Positions 59,287-64,000 of a DNA stretch of 64,000 bases are shown here, one piece after another. Position 1 is the stretch's first letter. Each line of letters opens with the position of its first letter. Source of the stretch: a virus; the IMG/VR virus record IMGVR_UViG_3300042563_002443, one strand, 5' to 3'. Both the position numbers and the translations under genes were made by a program. Under the pieces are notes generated by a model. That model did not search any database. It had not been told where the DNA came from and saw only the letters and a list, made by a program, of their open reading frames with translations.

Positions 59287-59428
59287 AACAATATGAACAG
59301 AATAATTTATTACTCAATACTACATTTACTAGCGGGAATTACGTTAGGATATTTAATGTTTTCATAATTAATCAAATAATTTCTTTGGATTTAATAATAT
59401 TTTTCATATAATTTATAAAAAAAAAGAT

Positions 59429-59662
59429 ATGAAACGAAATTTTAAATTTAAAATGTGTCGAGTATTGCGTAACCTAGGATTGTTATGTAAGCCAACGTTA
59501 CCTAGAAGAAAAGGTCTACGTATTTCTAGAACAATTATGCCTAATGGGCAAGTTATTGAGCATGATGGGTTTGTAGAAAAAGCTCCATTAAATAATCAAT
59601 CGTTTTTATCTGAATTACATGTATATCATGAAATTAAAAACTCTGTAAAATTAAAAAAATAG
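59429..59662 (+). CDS. hypothetical protein
   Basis: Follows promoter 59385-59412. Confidence 0.55.
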   Translation: MKRNFKFKMCRVLRNLGLLCKPTLPRRKGLRISRTIMPNGQVIEHDGFVEKAPLNNQSFLSELHVYHEIKNSVKLKK

Positions 59663-59833
59663 TGTTTATAACTCCATTAACAATAACATGCTTTATTAGA
59701 TTAATTAATGGCTTGCATCAACCGAAAATAACATTTGAATCCGAATCAATTACTTTTATTGCAACATTGCTACAAATGTATACATTATGGGTTATAATGC
59801 ATTTAATAATAAATTTTTAAACTAAATAATACA

Positions 59834-60145
59834 ATGAACGACACACAATTAGCAGAAGCAACAACCGAAGATCAGCAAAAGGAACTTTTACAACAATTGA
59901 TAAACTCATTCAATCCAAAAGATTTTATGACACCATCGCAACTTGAAATTGCAGAATTAAGTCCAGAAGCACTTAATGATGAATATGCATTAGTGCAATC
60001 CAAATCTAACATCCGAAGCCGCAGCCAAAGAGATTTGATTGTGTCACGTTGGATGTATGAACAATCTAAGACAGTTGTAAATGAGGCACCAGTTAAAACA
60101 AAAAGCAAAAAAAAGACAGCTGATAAAGTGTCTGCAAAAGCATGA
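59834..60145 (+). CDS. hypothetical protein
   Basis: EYALVQSK..SRSQRD. Confidence 0.6.
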   Translation: MNDTQLAEATTEDQQKELLQQLINSFNPKDFMTPSQLEIAELSPEALNDEYALVQSKSNIRSRSQRDLIVSRWMYEQSKTVVNEAPVKTKSKKKTADKVSAKA

Positions 60146-60537
60146 AAGATAGAATCCAACTAGATGGAATATGGTATGTTAAAGAAACACCACTTCCAGT
60201 ATTAGAAATTGATATGCTAAATATTACAAATTGTTTGAGTTGTATTTATGAGCCAAACAATTGGTGTTTTGAAGCATCAATATTATTAAAAGATGATGCA
60301 GTACTTGTTAAAGATGTTTACGGCGATCCATGGATTGAAGTAACAGATAAACGACCTGCAAATAGAGCGGATTGGGTTATTGAAAACCTAGACAATCCAC
60401 ATTGGTTTCTTGGTGTTTTAGAAGGAAGTTCGGAAAGTATGGAAGAAGCAAATAAAATGTTTGATGAACAAGGCTTAAAGGAATTTAGATCATTTATTAA
60501 ACATTTAATTGATAAATGTTGGTTAAAGATTGGTTAA
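60142..60537 (+). CDS. hypothetical protein
   Basis: ATGA-coupled ORF. Confidence 0.65.
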   Translation: MKDRIQLDGIWYVKETPLPVLEIDMLNITNCLSCIYEPNNWCFEASILLKDDAVLVKDVYGDPWIEVTDKRPANRADWVIENLDNPHWFLGVLEGSSESMEEANKMFDEQGLKEFRSFIKHLIDKCWLKIG

Positions 60538-60553
60538 TGAATATTAAAGAAAA

Positions 60554-60757
60554 ATGATTATGAAAAAGTTAAAGCAAATTGGCAAAGAATTAATAGCACT
60601 TACTATAGTTGCAATTGGAGTAAAACTAATATCGGTATATTTAACAACCGAATTTGATTTTTTATCTATCCTGTCTGGTATAACCGGATTCACAATATTG
60701 TTGCCGGCAATATTAGCATATGTTGATATGATTGATGAAATCTTAAAAAAGGATTGA
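60554..60757 (+). CDS. small 2-TM membrane protein
   Basis: Hydrophobic ORF. Confidence 0.5.
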   Translation: MIMKKLKQIGKELIALTIVAIGVKLISVYLTTEFDFLSILSGITGFTILLPAILAYVDMIDEILKKD

Positions 60758-61005
60758 TGAAAACAGTAGTTTGTATCAATGATAGAAAGCTCCCGGAAGG
60801 AGCTGAAGTTGTTAATGGACGAGAATATCAGATACTTGAAGAATTTGTTAATAATTTTGAGCAACGCGTGTTTATCCTTAAAGGCATAAAAAATGAAGGA
60901 ACCACCACAATGGGTTTACGGTGGGTAGGATATGATGCAACACGATTTGCTGATTTAGATGCAATTTCAATTGAATCATATGAACATGTATATGCAACAA
61001 ATTGA
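60754..61005 (+). CDS. hypothetical protein
   Basis: VVCIND...YDATRF. Confidence 0.65.
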   Translation: MMKTVVCINDRKLPEGAEVVNGREYQILEEFVNNFEQRVFILKGIKNEGTTTMGLRWVGYDATRFADLDAISIESYEHVYATN

Positions 61006-61048
61006 TTAATTTGGTTGGATATTATATATGAATTTCTTATTATAATGT

Positions 61049-62437
61049 ATGACAATTAAGCAAATATTTGACGAAATAACAAATGAGCCAGGTACCAATC
61101 AAAAAATGGTTATCTTGGACAAGTATAAAGGCAACATGCTCTTAAAACAAGTATTATACTTGGCTAATTCAAAGCGTGTTAAATTTTATATCAAACAAAT
61201 TCCTACATATACTAGTAGCAATACAGCCGCATCAACTCTAGAAGATGCATGCAAATCATTAACTAGATTATCAGATCGACTAGTAACAGGTCATGCAGCA
61301 ATTGCTGAGTTAATTAACATATGTGAATCATTAACTGCAGATGATGCCTACATCATTGAGCGCATCATCGAAAAGGATTGTCGCCTAGGAATGGGTACAA
61401 CAAACATCAACAAAATATTTAAAGGCCTCATTGAAGACACTCCTTACATGGGAGCAATTTCATTTGATGAAAAGAAGGCACGTACCATATTTGTGGGCAG
61501 GACAAGTGCTTATTCGCAGATCAAAATGGATGGACGTTATTGCAATGCAATTATCCGTAACGGTGACGTTGAATTAGAATCTCGTCAAGGCGAAGCAACC
61601 GTAGTAACAGGAGCCACTTTCCTAGAAGAATTAACAAGATTTCCTGATTGTGTATTGAATGGTGAATTAACAATGGATGGCGTATCACGATATGAATCTA
61701 ATGGAATTATTGCATCTATCATTAGCATCTTAAGCAAAAAGGAATCGCGAGGATTTGATGAGATATTAAAACATATTGCCAAGTTCCAACAAAAACATGG
61801 AGATTTTGCATCAGCATTACAATCAATTCGATTCACTGTTTGGGATATGATTACAACGGATGAATACTTTGATCAAAAATCATTTGTGCCTTATGAGGAT
61901 AGAGTAGCTAATTATTCAATGTTATTGAATAGGTTACAACCTACAATGATATCTGCAGTTAAAATGCAAACGGTTGCTAACTATGAAGAAGCAATCAAAC
62001 ATTTTCAAAAAGCATTAGCTGACGGGCAAGAAGGAACTATCCTTAAAGCAATCGACGGTGGTTGGAAAGATGGAAAACCAAATTGGCAAATTAAAATGAA
62101 ACTTGAAATGGATGTGGATCTTCGCATTACAGGTTTTAATTATGGCACCGGAAAGAATATCAATGTAATATCATCAGTCAATGCTGAATCAAGTGATGGC
62201 AAAGTTGTTACTCGTCCAACAGGAATCAATGAAGCAATGATGCAACATGTTACCGACAATCAGCAACAACTGCTAGGAACCATATTGGAATGCAAATGCT
62301 CTGGATTGTCAAAAGATTCAGATGGCAACTATTCATTGTTGCACCCGGTATTTAAACAGTTACGGGATGATAAAGATACATGTGATGATTTACAATCAAT
62401 CATTGCAATTGAAAATATGGTTAAAGGATTAAATTAA
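61049..62437 (+). CDS. ATP-dependent DNA ligase (T4 gp30-like)
   Basis: KMDG, LNGEL, WD, EGTILK, KMK, HPVF..RDDK. Confidence 0.92.
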   Translation: MTIKQIFDEITNEPGTNQKMVILDKYKGNMLLKQVLYLANSKRVKFYIKQIPTYTSSNTAASTLEDACKSLTRLSDRLVTGHAAIAELINICESLTADDAYIIERIIEKDCRLGMGTTNINKIFKGLIEDTPYMGAISFDEKKARTIFVGRTSAYSQIKMDGRYCNAIIRNGDVELESRQGEATVVTGATFLEELTRFPDCVLNGELTMDGVSRYESNGIIASIISILSKKESRGFDEILKHIAKFQQKHGDFASALQSIRFTVWDMITTDEYFDQKSFVPYEDRVANYSMLLNRLQPTMISAVKMQTVANYEEAIKHFQKALADGQEGTILKAIDGGWKDGKPNWQIKMKLEMDVDLRITGFNYGTGKNINVISSVNAESSDGKVVTRPTGINEAMMQHVTDNQQQLLGTILECKCSGLSKDSDGNYSLLHPVFKQLRDDKDTCDDLQSIIAIENMVKGLN

Positions 62438-62625
62438 TGCACCCATCACTTAAAGCAATAAAACCTAATTTGAATTTTGATAAACAAGTTCAAGTTATTA
62501 GGCCACTTAGGGAAACAACTCAACCGGTAACAGACATTCCAATTACCGTTACGGCAAACAAGAAAAAAAATAAATCCAAGACAATTGAAACAAATGTTAC
62601 TGTATTTAATAAATGGTTTAAATAA
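62437..62625 (+). CDS. hypothetical protein
   Basis: TAATG-coupled to the ligase. Confidence 0.5.
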   Translation: MHPSLKAIKPNLNFDKQVQVIRPLRETTQPVTDIPITVTANKKKNKSKTIETNVTVFNKWFK

Positions 62626-62631
62626 ACTAGT

Positions 62632-62775
62632 ATGAATCAACGAACAATTGCAATACATATCACAGCATTTACAGCGCTGATACTATGTTTAATACTAATA
62701 CCCAATCCCATAATGTATCTAATAGGATGTTGGCAATTAGGATCATGGATCGGCTATTTAACAGAAAAATTATGA
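62632..62775 (+). CDS. 47-aa membrane protein (not in the ORF track)
   Basis: MNQRTIAIHITAFTALILCLILIP...; ATGA overlap with the next gene. Confidence 0.5.
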   Translation: MNQRTIAIHITAFTALILCLILIPNPIMYLIGCWQLGSWIGYLTEKL

Positions 62776-63149
62776 AACTAGAAGTATTTACAGAAATCCT
62801 AAATAGACTTAGGAAACAATCAGACAAGGAACATGCATTGTATGTATTAGATATAGACACTATTAATTTCTCAGATAATTATACCTCAGTGATAAACATT
62901 TTATTAGAGGTGTACTATGGTAAGGAGGGAACAGATTGGATTTATTGGTATCTATATGAGAGAGACCCTGTTGGAACAATTGACCAAGCAACAGACAAAG
63001 ATGGTAATGCAATTTGTTATGATGACAAATCTTTGTGGGAAGAAGTAGAGCAGTGCAGGTTGGAGAACAATGATGAGTATGAGCTACCTGTTAAACTAAC
63101 AGATGAAGAAAGACAAGAAGTATTAAACATGATAAAAAATGGAATGTAA
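62772..63149 (+). CDS. hypothetical protein
   Basis: Likely start at ATG 62772; GTDWIYWYLYE, DKDGNAIC. Confidence 0.65.
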   Translation: MKLEVFTEILNRLRKQSDKEHALYVLDIDTINFSDNYTSVINILLEVYYGKEGTDWIYWYLYERDPVGTIDQATDKDGNAICYDDKSLWEEVEQCRLENNDEYELPVKLTDEERQEVLNMIKNGM

Positions 63150-63226
63150 CTAATATGTTAGCTATTAATACCTATTTGTCACAAATTTAGCTAATATATG
63201 GGACAGTTTAATTAAATAAAAAAGAT

Positions 63227-63412
63227 ATGAAACAAACAGCAGTAGAATGGTTGGTTGAGCAAATGAAATTAGATGAATTATTTAATGCAGATTATTTTAT
63301 TGAACAAGCAAAAGAAATGGAGAAGGAGCAGATAATGGATGCTTTTAATGGTGAGCCACATTGTGATGGAGATGGTGATAGATACTACAACGAAACCTTT
63401 AAATCAGAATAA
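63227..63412 (+). CDS. TAVEWL-array mini-gene 1
   Basis: MKQTAVEWL-V1-EQAKEMEKEQI-V2-YYNETFKSE. Confidence 0.85.
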   Translation: MKQTAVEWLVEQMKLDELFNADYFIEQAKEMEKEQIMDAFNGEPHCDGDGDRYYNETFKSE

Positions 63413-63413
63413 G

Positions 63414-63635
63414 ATGACAGCAGTAGAATGGTTGATAGAAGAATTAAGAGGAGCTCATGTCAAAGGAGATTTTATCTTTAATGGAGTTATAACTTCTGAA
63501 TTGATTGAACAAGCCAAAGAAATGGAGAAGGAGCAGATTACTGAAGCACACACATTTGGCTATGTTATAGGAGGTGGTAAGGGAGATTTATATAATCCTG
63601 AGCAATACTACAATGAAACCTTTAAATCAGAATAA
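63414..63635 (+). CDS. TAVEWL-array mini-gene 2
   Basis: True start ATG 63414 (MTAVEWL), 1 nt after the previous stop. Confidence 0.85.
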   Translation: MTAVEWLIEELRGAHVKGDFIFNGVITSELIEQAKEMEKEQITEAHTFGYVIGGGKGDLYNPEQYYNETFKSE

Positions 63636-63636
63636 G

Positions 63637-63885
63637 ATGAAACAAACAGCAGTAGAATGGTTGGAAGAACAACAAGCACATCTATTTAATCAATTAGAAA
63701 TAAATGAAATTGAAATATCTGAGTATAAATATTATTTAGATTTAATACTTAATCAAGCCAAAGAAATGGAAAAGGAGCAGATGAAAGATGCATTTGTAGA
63801 ATGTTGGAAATCAAATGTGCCTGATGGAATAGAGTGTAAATTAGATGCTGAACAATACTACAACGAAACCTTTAAATCAGAATAA
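63637..63885 (+). CDS. TAVEWL-array mini-gene 3
   Basis: True start ATG 63637 (MKQTAVEWL). Confidence 0.85.
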   Translation: MKQTAVEWLEEQQAHLFNQLEINEIEISEYKYYLDLILNQAKEMEKEQMKDAFVECWKSNVPDGIECKLDAEQYYNETFKSE

Positions 63886-63886
63886 G

Positions 63887-64000
63887 ATGAAAAAAACAGC
63901 AGTAGAATGGTTGATTGGTAGATTTCATTATGAAGGATTTATTGGTACTTATTGCAGTGAAGAGCAAATAAAATCTAAAAGACAAATAATGATTGAAATA
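63887..64000 (+). CDS. TAVEWL-array mini-gene 4, 3'-partial
   Basis: MKKTAVEWLIGRFHYEG... runs off the window. Confidence 0.8.
   Translation, partial: MKKTAVEWLIGRFHYEGFIGTYCSEEQIKSKRQIMIEI

Noticed and set aside
63339-63636. Track starts at 63339 and 63574 giving long overlapping ORFs
   Set aside because: These are artefacts of the repeat; the real starts are 63414 and 63637, 1 nt after each stop
63227-64000. CRISPR array interpretation of the terminal repeats
   Set aside because: Units are about 190-250 bp, keep open reading frames, contain three separate constant blocks, and no cas genes are adjacent

Overview
All real genes lie on the + strand of an AT-rich, gene-dense segment of a large lytic dsDNA phage (T4-like replisome, standard genetic code). 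The host is probably a Bacteroidota: starts are A-rich with no Shine-Dalgarno, there is a Bacteroidota-style signal peptide, and one protein ends in DDLPF. In order the window carries: (1) replication and nucleotide genes (5'-3' exonuclease, DnaB-like helicase, class II RNR, PolB, sliding clamp, clamp loader, dUTPase); (2) a 7-deazaguanine DNA-modification pathway (folE, queD, queE, a QueD-paralogue/DpdL-like protein and a DpdA-like transglycosylase) that also holds a glycosyltransferase, a cytidylyltransferase and an unknown gene, with HPRT next to the polymerase; (3) a ~15 kb glycan-biosynthesis island; (4) a lysis/membrane region; (5) late genes sharing an N-terminal M-x-K/R-L-K-x-L-L-x-E leader; (6) MoxR/VWA, GroEL and ClpS (GroES lies ~45 kb upstream); (7) tRNA-Glu plus an anticodon-less tRNA-like RNA; (8) thyA and DNA ligase; (9) the start of a tandem array of constant-variable mini-genes (TAVEWL...YYNETFKSE). 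Best candidates for undescribed biology are the glycosyltransferase-coupled deazaguanine cluster, the mobile late-gene cassettes with an identical 43-bp leader (LAENMRRFGTKNLNE) inserted at promoters, the CpG-depleted TAVEWL array, and the structured RNAs around the tRNA locus. Family assignments come from motif recognition by eye; no searches were run.
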